This document shows, in pieces, positions 20,597 through 29,401 of a stretch of DNA of 64,000 bases. The first letter of the stretch is position 1; every line of letters starts with the position of its first letter. The notes beneath the pieces are model-generated. The model made no database searches. It saw only the letters and a program-made list of their open reading frames with translations, and was not told the DNA's origin. This DNA is from Elusimicrobiota bacterium (lineage in GTDB: Bacteria > Elusimicrobiota > Elusimicrobia > Elusimicrobiales > UBA9959), in contig WOVA01000007.1 of NCBI GenBank assembly GCA_009773155.1, positions 1,108-65,107 of the forward strand. The letters run 5' to 3'. A program made the position numbers and the translations under genes.

Positions 20597-22252
20597 ATGA
20601 CATTTTCCGAAGAAAAAAAACGCCCGGCACCGGGCCTCCTCGCGGCCGGAACAGGGCGGCATTGTCCGCAGTCGGTGCCGGGAGCACTGCGAGCGGCCGC
20701 GGCCGGAGCGGCGGGGCTGTTGTTCTTTGTTATCGGCTTCCGGGAGCCCTATTCTTCGGACGAATTCTGGTTCCTCGTCAAAGCCTGGGACTTCCTGGGT
20801 TCCGGCTCGCTCGACGGCGAGTCGATGATACACCCGCCCCTCTATCTTCTTCTCACGTCCGGGCTCGTCGCCGCCTTCGATTCGCCCCTGGCCGCCCGTC
20901 TCACGGGCCTGCTCTGCTGCGCCTCGGCCGCGCTCCTGATAAAAAAAGCGGGCGAGGCGGACGGTGACGCGCGCCGCGCGGCGGCCGCGGCCGCCATGCT
21001 GGTCCTCTCGCCCGCGTTCATAAAGGCGGCCCTCGTCCTGGACACGGACAACACCCTGATCACCCTGGGAGCGGCCGCCATGGCGCTGGCGGCGGTCAGA
21101 GAACGGCGTTTCCTCCTCTCCCCGATATTTTTCTTCTGCCTGTGGTCCAAACTGACGGCCTGCGTGCCGCTGGCGGCCGCTTTCCTCGTGCACGCGGCGT
21201 GGGAGGACAGGCGTTCCGGCGGCGGCAGAACGCGAAGTACCGCCCTGGCCCTTTCCGCCGGCCTGGCGGCCTGGGCGCTCGCCTTTTACCTCTTCTGCAT
21301 GCTGAACGGCCTGCCTTTCGCCGCGCCGTTCGAATATATGTACTCGGCCGTTTTCTCCAAGAGCGTCGCCCCGGCTTCGGCGTATTATCAGGTTCTTCAG
21401 GCGGCGCTCTGGGCGGGCCTTCCCCTCTGCGGCCTCTTCCTGCTCGGACTGCCGCGAACCTTCACCGGAACCGCCTCGTCCCTGGACAGGCTTTCGCTGT
21501 CCGTATGCGCGATCATAGGGGTCGGTTACATATTCGTGGGAGGAACCCCGTTCGGCTTCCCCAAGTTCCAGATCCCCGCCTGGCCGTTCATCTGCTGGCT
21601 GGCCGCCGGCGCCGCGCTTAAAGCGCCCGGTCCGGCGCTATGGGCGGCCGCCGCGGCCGCGCTGGCCCTTTACGCCGGGGACCCGCTCTATTCTCTCAGG
21701 TTCTCGCTGAGGGAAGCGCTGGCTTCGGGAGCGGATCTCTCCCTGCCGGCGGCGAAGCTCGCCGCGCAGCTCGCGCTTCCGCTCCTCCCCGCCGCCGCGG
21801 CCGCGGTCCTCTTCAGGAAGACGCTGGGAGCCAGGCGGGCGCTGGCGGCCGGACTGACCGCAGTATTCGTCGGACAATCCCTCGCGCTTAACGCGCTCCA
21901 GGCCGGGTCTTATAACAGCGCCTACAATTACGGCGGAAAAGGGCTGGCCGGCGCCGCGGCCCTGGCCGGAGAGGCCCTCAAGGACGGAGGAAAAGTTATC
22001 GCTCCTCTCGAGATCTACGGCACGCTGCGCCTTTCCGGGCTGAAGCCTGAGAGGCTCCCCAACTCCCTGTGGGAAAGGGATCGCCTGCTTGCCGCGGCGG
22101 CCGACGCTGATTACAAGGGCGTGGTATACGGCATCCCCTCCAACACGGTGGAACAGGTGCGCCTGCTCAGGCATCCCGGGACGGTCTCCCTGTTCGGCGC
22201 GGAGGGCTGGCGCTTCGAACGGAGAGGAACGTACGAGATATGGACGAGATGA
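20597..22252 (+). CDS. GT-C fold membrane glycosyltransferase (ArnT/PMT, GT39/GT83-like)
   Basis: 551 aa, more than 10 predicted TM helices. N-terminal loop EPYSSDEFWF resembles the GT-C acidic loop. Overlaps the downstream GT2 by 13 nt. Confidence 0.7.
   Translation: MTFSEEKKRPAPGLLAAGTGRHCPQSVPGALRAAAAGAAGLLFFVIGFREPYSSDEFWFLVKAWDFLGSGSLDGESMIHPPLYLLLTSGLVAAFDSPLAARLTGLLCCASAALLIKKAGEADGDARRAAAAAAMLVLSPAFIKAALVLDTDNTLITLGAAAMALAAVRERRFLLSPIFFFCLWSKLTACVPLAAAFLVHAAWEDRRSGGGRTRSTALALSAGLAAWALAFYLFCMLNGLPFAAPFEYMYSAVFSKSVAPASAYYQVLQAALWAGLPLCGLFLLGLPRTFTGTASSLDRLSLSVCAIIGVGYIFVGGTPFGFPKFQIPAWPFICWLAAGAALKAPGPALWAAAAAALALYAGDPLYSLRFSLREALASGADLSLPAAKLAAQLALPLLPAAAAAVLFRKTLGARRALAAGLTAVFVGQSLALNALQAGSYNSAYNYGGKGLAGAAALAGEALKDGGKVIAPLEIYGTLRLSGLKPERLPNSLWERDRLLAAAADADYKGVVYGIPSNTVEQVRLLRHPGTVSLFGAEGWRFERRGTYEIWTR
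20647..20698 (+). repeat. ~52-bp GC-rich intragenic repeat, copy A (forward)
   Basis: cggaacagggcggcattgtccgcagtcggtgccgggagcactgcgagcggcc. 4 mismatches to copy B by my count. Confidence 0.9.
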
Positions 22253-22950
22253 AACCCGGACTTTCACTGATAGTCCCTTTCTATAACGAGGAGGCCTGCG
22301 CCGGGCCGGTAGTGCGCGGGACGCTGGAGGCGCTGGAGGAGGCGGGCCTGGATTTCGAGCTGATCCTGGTCGAGAACGCGTCCTCCGACGGGACGCGGCG
22401 CATACTGGAGGAGTTCTCCGGCGACCCGCGCGTCAGACTGCTGAAGCTGGAGAAGAACATCGGCTACGGGGGAGCCGTCACGGAAGGCCTGGCGGCGGCG
22501 GCCGGCCGGCACCTGGGCTTCACCTGCGGCGACGGGGAGATAGATCCGCGCGACGCGGCGAAGGTCTGCCGCATAGCCATATGCTCGGGAGAGCCGGTAT
22601 GCAAGGCGCGGCGGGTGTATCGCCTGGACGGCGCCTGGAGAAAGTTCCTTTCGGTCGCGTATCACCTGCTGGTGGGACTGCTTTTCAGGGTCCACGTGAC
22701 CGACGTCAACGGCTACCCGGTCATGATGACGCGGGAAGCGTACGAGGCGATAGGCCTGACTTCCCGCAACTGGGTCTTCAACGTGGAAATGCTGGTCAAG
22801 GCCCGGCGGCTGGGGTTCGGCATCCTCGAGCCGGATATCCTCCACAGAAAGCGGGCCGGCGGGCGTTCCCATGTAAGCCTGGGCACGCCTTTCGTTTTCC
22901 TGGCCCAGCTGCTGCGCCTGCGGTTTTCCGACTTCGGCGCCGGCAAGTAG
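22240..22950 (+). CDS. GT2 polyprenyl-phosphate glycosyltransferase (ArnC/GtrB/DPM1-like)
   Basis: LSLIVPFYNEE...LILVENASSDGT...EKNIGYGGA. 236 aa. Confidence 0.85.
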   Translation: MDEMKPGLSLIVPFYNEEACAGPVVRGTLEALEEAGLDFELILVENASSDGTRRILEEFSGDPRVRLLKLEKNIGYGGAVTEGLAAAAGRHLGFTCGDGEIDPRDAAKVCRIAICSGEPVCKARRVYRLDGAWRKFLSVAYHLLVGLLFRVHVTDVNGYPVMMTREAYEAIGLTSRNWVFNVEMLVKARRLGFGILEPDILHRKRAGGRSHVSLGTPFVFLAQLLRLRFSDFGAGK

Positions 22951-22961
22951 CGGTCTTCCGG
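22795..22961 (+). repeat. 167-bp direct repeat, copy 1 (native 3' end of the GT2 gene plus 11 bp)
   Basis: 162/167 identical to 24610..24776 by my base-by-base comparison. Confidence 0.9.
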
Positions 22962-22991
22962 TGTGTCGCCAGTAACACGGACTTTTTTTTC

Positions 22992-23105
22992 GGCGGGAAG
23001 CTGCTGCATTCGTCCCTCTTTGAAATGGCCGCCGCCTACGCGTACTACATCTCCGAGAATCAGCCCTTCGTGGACGGCGACAAACGCACCGCCTTGGCCT
23101 CGGCA
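22992..23105 (+). pseudogene. Fic/Doc (death-on-curing) toxin remnant, core motif only
   Basis: GGKLLHSSLFEMAAAYAYYISENQPFVDGDKRTALASA matches the Doc HxFx(D/N)GNKR region with N replaced by D. No start, no C-terminal half and no antitoxin. Confidence 0.5.
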
Positions 23106-23163
23106 ATATCCACGCGCCCGCCGGCCTTGCGCTCCACGGCGAACTCCCCCCCCCTCTCCACGG

Positions 23164-24342
23164 TCAGACAAGGCCGGAAAGAAATTTTCCGACGCTTATC
23201 ACGCGCACACCGTCCTGCACAAAATCCGTCCCCGGCGCCCGCACAACCTGATATACGAACGGCACCGAAAGCTTTGAGGCAAAATATCTCAGCGGTTTAG
23301 AAATGCTCTTTGCGGAAGATTTTACCTCCACGGCGAACCACGGTTTATTATCCAGCGTAACCAGGAAATCCGCCTCCCGCTGCTCCCTGTCGCGCAGAAA
23401 ATATAGGCCGGCCCTATACCCCTCCACGTCAAAAAGGTAATCCACGAACTTCAGCAGGTGGGAAGCTATTACATTTTCAAACCGGGGGCCGTCATCGGGC
23501 GCTTCCGACCAGTCCCAGAGGTAAAGTTTAGACTCTTTCTTAAGAGCTTTTATAGCGGAATTCTGGTAAGGATATACGCGAAAATGGTAATAAAACCGCT
23601 CAAGCACATCCACCCATAAAGCCGCCGTCCGGTGGTTCACCGAAAGTTCCTCCCTTATCGAATTTATAGACAGGACAGCTCCGACCTTTTCCGGCAACAG
23701 CGCCACAAGCGCCTGTAAAGCGGAAAGGTCCCTTATGTTCTCAATATCCCGTATATCCTCCTTGACAAGCAAATCGGCCCTTTCATTGTGCCATCTGCGC
23801 AGGTGTTTGGCGCTGCCTTTTAGATAGATTGCGGGAAAGCCCCCTAATTTAAGCAATGCTTCAAAAATCTCCGCTCCTTTTGCGCCGACGTTGTGGAAAT
23901 TTAGCGCCTCAAAAGGCTTACCGGCAAAGCCGAACCCGGAAATTTCCGCCAATGAAAGCGGGTGCAGGCGATAATGGTGATAGCGGCCTAAAAGCGAATC
24001 ACCGCCTTTCCTGTACACATTAAGCCTCGCGCTTCCCGTCACAAGTATTTTTACACTTTCCCTGTTTTTATCGTAGACGCCCTTAAGATAGTTTTTCCAC
24101 TTTTTATATTTATGGATCTCGTCAAAAATCAGCAGCTCTTTCTCCGGTTCAAAACGTCCGGCAAGCATATTACGCCTGTCTTCGCCGTTATCCCAGTTCA
24201 AATACTGCGTTTTGAGCGGGTAAAATTTCTTTCCCAAGCCAGCCGCCAGCGTGGTTTTTCCCACCTGCCGGGGCCCGGACAGAAAAACCATTTTCTCTTT
24301 CAGGTCTGCAAGTATATCCCGCTCCAGGTAGCGGCCCAGCAT
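23164..24342 (-). CDS. AAA+ ATPase (AAA_14 + DUF4143-type)
   Basis: Walker A GPRQVGKTT, Walker B LLIFDEIH, 392 aa. Lower GC than the flanks. Confidence 0.85.
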   Translation of the reverse strand: MLGRYLERDILADLKEKMVFLSGPRQVGKTTLAAGLGKKFYPLKTQYLNWDNGEDRRNMLAGRFEPEKELLIFDEIHKYKKWKNYLKGVYDKNRESVKILVTGSARLNVYRKGGDSLLGRYHHYRLHPLSLAEISGFGFAGKPFEALNFHNVGAKGAEIFEALLKLGGFPAIYLKGSAKHLRRWHNERADLLVKEDIRDIENIRDLSALQALVALLPEKVGAVLSINSIREELSVNHRTAALWVDVLERFYYHFRVYPYQNSAIKALKKESKLYLWDWSEAPDDGPRFENVIASHLLKFVDYLFDVEGYRAGLYFLRDREQREADFLVTLDNKPWFAVEVKSSAKSISKPLRYFASKLSVPFVYQVVRAPGTDFVQDGVRVISVGKFLSGLV

Positions 24343-24347
24343 AAAAT

Positions 24348-24369
24348 CCTCCCTTTTATATCATTATAC
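24348..24369 (-). promoter_or_regulatory. Candidate extended -10 promoter (TGTATAAT) and SD (GGGAGG) for the ATPase gene
   Basis: The minus strand reads ...tttgtataatgatataaaagggaggattttATG. No convincing -35. Confidence 0.35.
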
Positions 24370-24435
24370 AAATTTGACTACACATTTTAGCACTATGATA
24401 CAATTTAGCGGATTCCACTGCTTACAGCCTGCTGT

Positions 24436-24609
24436 TTCCGTGTAAACCTCAAGATGCCTGGCTATATACTTAGGGAGGCCGAAGATAGCGGCTTTTTTTC
24501 TGGCGTTATGACCCAGGCCGGTCGCACGCGGCGCGTCATGGGCCAATCCCAGAACGGCTTCGGCAAACCGCCGCGGATCTCCTGGAGGCGCCAAAAGAGC
24601 TTCCTCTCC
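24436..24609 (-). pseudogene. C-terminal remnant of a GT4-type glycosyltransferase
   Basis: GEEALLAPPGDPRRFAEAVLGLAHDAPRATGLGHNARKKAAIFGLPKYIARHLEVY has the typical GT4 C-terminal pattern. It is truncated exactly at the repeat boundary 24609/24610. Confidence 0.45.
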
Positions 24610-24776
24610 GTCAAGGCCCGGCGGCTGGGATTCGGCATCCTCGAGCCGGATATCCTCCACAGAAAGCGGGCCGGCGGGCGTTCCCACGTTAGACTGTGCA
24701 CGCCTTTCGTTTTCCTGGCCCAGCTGCTGCGCCTGCGGTTTTCCGACTTCGGCGCCGGCAAGTAGCGGTCTTCCGG
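24610..24776 (+). repeat. 167-bp direct repeat, copy 2 (orphan duplicate of the GT2 3' end; non-functional fragment)
   Basis: Encodes KARRLGFGILEPDILHRKRAGGRSHVRLCTPFVFLAQLLRLRFSDFGAGK* with no upstream gene body. Ends 1 bp before the stop codon (24778-24780) of the AT-rich GT gene. Confidence 0.9.
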
Positions 24777-24777
24777 G

Positions 24778-26115
24778 TCAGCGTCGAAGGCTATTGCAGA
24801 TTATCTGATAAAAGCTGTCTCTTTTTTCAGCCAGATAGCCTTGACCATACTGATTTACAATAAGCTTTTTTCCATTTTTAATCAATTTTCCCGATAAATG
24901 CAAATCGCAAAGCAGCTCGTTAATAGCGCCGGCGAATTCCTCCTTTGTATCGGCTACTATCAGGTCTTTTTTATTTTCGCAGTTAAACCCTTTTATCGCA
25001 AGGGGGGTAGTGATTACCGGCGAACCGGCGGCCATTGAATAAATAATCTTCGCCCTTAATCCGCCGCCTCCAATTCTTATAGGGACGATGGAAATGCTGC
25101 CCTTGAAAACATCGGTTAAATCTCCCAGGAACCCAGTGAAAATCACATTTCCATTAAGATGCCTGATATACCTGATTGTCTCTTTTTGCCAAGAGCCGGT
25201 GACATAAAGTTTCAGCCTCTCGTTATTCTGCACCAGCGGCATTATTTCGGTTACAAACCAGATCAAGGCATCGTAATTAGGATAATGGCTTTCGCCGCCA
25301 AGAAACAACAATTTTATGGGGGCGTCAAAAACATCGTTCTTAATGATTTGAGAATCCATAACCGGAAACGGCGAATTAAAGACATTTATTCCAGGAAAGG
25401 CATTTTTCAATTCTTTGCAGTCTAAATCGTTCAAAGTAAACAAAGCATCATAGTTCTTCATAAATGCATGCTCCAGATCTTTTGTGTTTTTTACAACGTA
25501 ATCAATAAATTCTTGATTTGACCTGTTAATTCTGCCGTAATCCTTAAGAACAGATCTCCGCGACTCAATTTCAACAAAGATTTTTTTGGGGCCAGGAGGA
25601 ATTACATTTACCAGGTTTATCGCGCTTGTATATTCAATCTGAACAATATCAAAAGCGAACTTTTTTAAAATTTCCGTCAATTTAGCCACAAATTGCTCAG
25701 GGAAAGGAGCAAACGGAACAGTAACTTCAATATTTTCACACCACCCGGGGGGCTTGTCGTAATTTTGCACTTTTTTCGCGCTAAATGCCGTTTCCAGATA
25801 ATTAAAAAATATTTTGGCCTGGTTTCTTATCGCAAAAAGCGCGCTTAAGGCAGAATGCCTTCGGGCCGAAGCGAATAATTGAACAGTATGGAATGCGACT
25901 TCCGGCCAGATTTTCCTGTATTCCTCAACAAGAGCGATTTCAGAATCATTTCTTAACGGCAAATATAAATGGATTTCATGTTTAAACCGGAGATACTCAA
26001 TAAATGAATAAATACAGATTTTGCCTCCATTGACCGGCGGGAACGGGAATAGGCCGGGTATGATTAATATCCTCAATCGCCTGCCTGGCGGCATATTTCC
26101 AATAAAGGTTTTCAT
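24778..26115 (-). CDS. Glycosyltransferase (GT4/GT1-like), AT-rich island
   Basis: 445 aa. C-terminal GGGGLRAKIIYSMAAGSPVITTP resembles the GT-B nucleotide-sugar-binding region. Confidence 0.65.
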   Translation of the reverse strand: MKTFIGNMPPGRRLRILIIPGLFPFPPVNGGKICIYSFIEYLRFKHEIHLYLPLRNDSEIALVEEYRKIWPEVAFHTVQLFASARRHSALSALFAIRNQAKIFFNYLETAFSAKKVQNYDKPPGWCENIEVTVPFAPFPEQFVAKLTEILKKFAFDIVQIEYTSAINLVNVIPPGPKKIFVEIESRRSVLKDYGRINRSNQEFIDYVVKNTKDLEHAFMKNYDALFTLNDLDCKELKNAFPGINVFNSPFPVMDSQIIKNDVFDAPIKLLFLGGESHYPNYDALIWFVTEIMPLVQNNERLKLYVTGSWQKETIRYIRHLNGNVIFTGFLGDLTDVFKGSISIVPIRIGGGGLRAKIIYSMAAGSPVITTPLAIKGFNCENKKDLIVADTKEEFAGAINELLCDLHLSGKLIKNGKKLIVNQYGQGYLAEKRDSFYQIICNSLRR

Positions 26116-26834
26116 TTCTTCCCTGCCGAATCAAACCACACATGATTAACGCAAATTGTATTTATGTAAGTATCGGCATAAACAAAATATCCTTTTGTCC
26201 TAAGGAATTCCTCAATATCCCTGTTTTTTACTTTACGGTGGTTTTCACTATACCCGCATGTTTCCGCGCAAATTACTGGTATAGGGTATTCAGTGAAATC
26301 AAGCGTTTTTAAAACCGGAAGATCCAGCCCTTCAATATCTATGGACAGCAAATCCGGATAGGCGGCAAAATTTTCCCTGATAATGCTGTTTATAGTCTTA
26401 ACCGGCAGCTTAATAACCGCCTGTATTTTATGGACGCCGTTCTTTTCTATGTTTTGCGCCGCTTCCCTGCTAAAGGTGTTTAACGCGGAGGATTTAAACA
26501 GGTAAAAGTCCTGTTCCGGCGCGTCATATTCACCTACGCCGATATTTAATATCGTATCTTCCGGCCTGATTTTTCTGATTATCGGGATTAAATTTTTATC
26601 CGCCTCAACCAGAACTCCCCTTGCGCCTCTCTCATAGAATTTATACGTGTTATTACTGCCTACCGGATGGGAAGCGCCCAACTCCAGATAGTGTGGCTTG
26701 CACAAACCCGTCTGCTGTAATAAAAAATCCATTACCACATCTTCACCGGCCTGCGAGTAGGAATTATTGTACTTTAGCGACGGTATGTAATGTGTTAAAG
26801 TTCTTTTTATAAAGTCTTTCATATTTTCATTCAT
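26112..26834 (-). CDS. FkbM-family SAM-dependent methyltransferase
   Basis: YLELGASHPVGSNNTYKFYERGARGVLVEADKN is an FkbM-like motif I/II arrangement. Confidence 0.6.
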   Translation of the reverse strand: MNENMKDFIKRTLTHYIPSLKYNNSYSQAGEDVVMDFLLQQTGLCKPHYLELGASHPVGSNNTYKFYERGARGVLVEADKNLIPIIRKIRPEDTILNIGVGEYDAPEQDFYLFKSSALNTFSREAAQNIEKNGVHKIQAVIKLPVKTINSIIRENFAAYPDLLSIDIEGLDLPVLKTLDFTEYPIPVICAETCGYSENHRKVKNRDIEEFLRTKGYFVYADTYINTICVNHVWFDSAGKK

Positions 26835-26835
26835 G

Positions 26836-28065
26836 TCATACTATCTCTATTTCCGGTAGCGGGAAAATGAACTTGCCGCCTTTTTCAATAAATTCACGCT
26901 CCCGTTCTAAAATAGAGTGCTTAAAATGCCATGGGAAAACCAGGAAATAGTCCGGTTTCATGGCGTGCGCTTCCGCTTCCGATATAATCGGGATATGGGT
27001 TCCAGGCGTGAAACAGCCGTATTTTTGTTCATTGACGTCCGCAATACAGGGGATATGTTTGCCAGTTAAATCGCAGAACTGGAGCAGCACGTTGCCTTTC
27101 GTGGAAGCGCCATAACCGATTATTTTTTTTCCGTCGCCGATCAATGCTTCAATCAGTTCCCGCAGGTTTTTCCGATGCAGAAAAACCCTTTCTTCAAAAT
27201 TCCGGTATGGTTTCGGCGTATCCAGTCCCATATCATCCTCCTGCCGCAGCATCCATTCAATTACCGGGTGATTGGAGCGATAATCCGCATTCTTTTTGCA
27301 CGCGGTAACGGCAAAACTGCCACCGTTAACGGCGTTCATCTGCACGTCTGTTATCCGAAGCCCCTGATCTTCCAGAAGACTTTTTATTACTTTGAACGAA
27401 TAGAATTCAAGATGTTCATGGCATACCGTATCGTATGAATTGGAGCGAAGCATTGAGGGCATATAACTCTGCTCAAAATGCCAGATGCCGTTATCCGACA
27501 AAACGGCTTCAATGTCTTTAACAAAAGCCGCAGGTTCTTTAAGATCATAAAACATGGCGATAGACGTTATGATTTTCGCTTTTTCACGCGGATATTTTTT
27601 GACAAAAGCTTCATGGGAAAAGAAATCGGGGATAAGATCGATATCCCGGGTATAAAAAGCCTTAAATTTTACCCCTGTCGGGTCAATCCCAACTCTTCTG
27701 TATTTGCCGGTATACGCTTTTAATGAGGTGGCGTCGTTACTGCCGATATCCAGAACCAGATCGCCTTGCGATAGCCTGGCCAAATTCTCCAGTGTTTTGA
27801 TTTTATTTGTAAGATGGCGCACCATATAAGCGTTCAAACCGGAACGATACCCATAATTATCGCCATACATTTCAGTCGAGTCGTAGGACTGTTTCAATTG
27901 AAGCAATCCGCATTTAGCGCACCATACCAGATCCAGCGGACCGATTGAAATTTTATCCGAAACACGCTTCTGGAAAACGCCGGTAAGCGCCTGGTCGCCC
28001 AGGGAAAGCACGGTTATAAGATTGCTATTGCGGCAAATACGGCATTTGTCTATTTCAGAGAACAT
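26836..28065 (-). CDS. NDP-sugar C-methyltransferase-like enzyme (Zn-ribbon + class I MT + C-methyltransferase C-domain)
   Basis: N-terminal CRICRN...CAKCGLLQL zinc ribbon, DIGSNDA motif I, about 409 aa as in TylCIII/NovU-type enzymes. Confidence 0.7.
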   Translation of the reverse strand: MFSEIDKCRICRNSNLITVLSLGDQALTGVFQKRVSDKISIGPLDLVWCAKCGLLQLKQSYDSTEMYGDNYGYRSGLNAYMVRHLTNKIKTLENLARLSQGDLVLDIGSNDATSLKAYTGKYRRVGIDPTGVKFKAFYTRDIDLIPDFFSHEAFVKKYPREKAKIITSIAMFYDLKEPAAFVKDIEAVLSDNGIWHFEQSYMPSMLRSNSYDTVCHEHLEFYSFKVIKSLLEDQGLRITDVQMNAVNGGSFAVTACKKNADYRSNHPVIEWMLRQEDDMGLDTPKPYRNFEERVFLHRKNLRELIEALIGDGKKIIGYGASTKGNVLLQFCDLTGKHIPCIADVNEQKYGCFTPGTHIPIISEAEAHAMKPDYFLVFPWHFKHSILEREREFIEKGGKFIFPLPEIEIV

Positions 28066-28082
28066 TTTACCCTCTCTTTATG

Positions 28083-29399
28083 TTATTGCACCTTATACAC
28101 AGCCTCAAACAATTCAGGATAAATTAAGTTTTTACGGTTCAAAAGCTCTTTCCAATGAGGTTTCACCGGATAATCTTCCCGCCGGATTGTAATACCGTCA
28201 AAAATATTTACGCTTTCAATCCACTGTTTTGTATAAAACCATCCTTTGCACAACCGATCTATGTGGCCAAACCACATATCTATCTGGACAAGGGTCATTT
28301 CATGCAGAGAAGATATATTTATGAACAGGTCAAACATCCGATCCGGCAGGCATCCAATCTGAGCAGGGGACAAAAAAGCTATAGAAGATTCCTCAAATTC
28401 CTGCCTGACTTCACGGTAATCGGAGAAATCCCTGAATTTAAATACACGCTGTCCAGGAAAAAGGCCGGTCAGATACCATTGCGACACATACAAGGCCGGC
28501 GGTATGTCAACAATGACTACCTGGATATTCGGCACAGCATGCAGGAGCGCATAACCGACTCTGCCATACCCCGCTCCTAATTCTATAATCCTCAGTTTTT
28601 CTTCCGGTTTACGGCTTATAAATTTCATAATTGTGTTGACTTCCAGCACAGAGTTGCAAATATCCTGAGTGACATTACGGCCTTTGTACTCTATTGCAAT
28701 CGGATTGCCAAGCACAGGTTCTTTCAATTGACTCAGTAAATTCAGATGATCGTTGCTGACAGTGAATTCCCACAACATACAGAGGAATTGTATATATTTC
28801 CTCCATTCTTCTTTTGTAAATCCTTCCGGTTTCGCGGCGATATTAAAATGGGCGGACATTTCGGCGTTTACCAAATCAGCACTTGACCAGTGCAGTTCCT
28901 TTTTTAATGCCTGGAATTGCGGGTTTACATGCCAATCACCAGTCCAGTTAAAATAATTGTTGTTAATGGTGCGCTTAAAATTCCCAATCCCCCCTGTTTC
29001 AAGCTGGAAAGTATTAAATACCATGTAATAAAGCCACAACTTGGAAGGGTGATAAACAACAGGAGATTTTAAAAGCACTTTAACCATTGAAACAATCTCC
29101 GGAATTTCTACGACACTCAATAATGCCTGATAGAAACCGTCCTTCAGTTCTCTCTGCCGGGCAAGATTATGTCCAATCTCATATCCAGATGAAGAGGCTG
29201 GCTGGAAACCGATTGCTTTCTTATACATCTCCGCCCCATCTTTGTATCTGCCCAGTTTTACAAGCGTATCGGCAATATTTGCGTATGTATCCGCCAAATA
29301 TTTTGGATCAGGAGGTAAATGCTTATTTTTTGGAGGTTTCCTATACCTTGAAACCTCAATACCGATGATTCTAAGCAAATATTTTATAATGCGTTTCAT
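28083..29399 (-). CDS. Putative sugar O-methyltransferase (class I MT fold) with TPR-like N-terminus
   Basis: ELGAGYGRVGYALL (GxGxG) followed by VVIVDIPPAL. N-terminal YANIADTLVKLGRYKDGAEMYKKAI is TPR-like. Confidence 0.55.
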   Translation of the reverse strand: MKRIIKYLLRIIGIEVSRYRKPPKNKHLPPDPKYLADTYANIADTLVKLGRYKDGAEMYKKAIGFQPASSSGYEIGHNLARQRELKDGFYQALLSVVEIPEIVSMVKVLLKSPVVYHPSKLWLYYMVFNTFQLETGGIGNFKRTINNNYFNWTGDWHVNPQFQALKKELHWSSADLVNAEMSAHFNIAAKPEGFTKEEWRKYIQFLCMLWEFTVSNDHLNLLSQLKEPVLGNPIAIEYKGRNVTQDICNSVLEVNTIMKFISRKPEEKLRIIELGAGYGRVGYALLHAVPNIQVVIVDIPPALYVSQWYLTGLFPGQRVFKFRDFSDYREVRQEFEESSIAFLSPAQIGCLPDRMFDLFINISSLHEMTLVQIDMWFGHIDRLCKGWFYTKQWIESVNIFDGITIRREDYPVKPHWKELLNRKNLIYPELFEAVYKVQ

Positions 29400-29401
29400 C
29401 T

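Noticed and set aside
22992-24342. Functional Doc/Phd toxin-antitoxin or an ATPase-based defence system
   Set aside because: The Doc frame has no start codon and no C-terminal half, and its motif Asn is replaced by Asp. No antitoxin ORF is present. The ATPase stands alone without nuclease or effector partners in the window.
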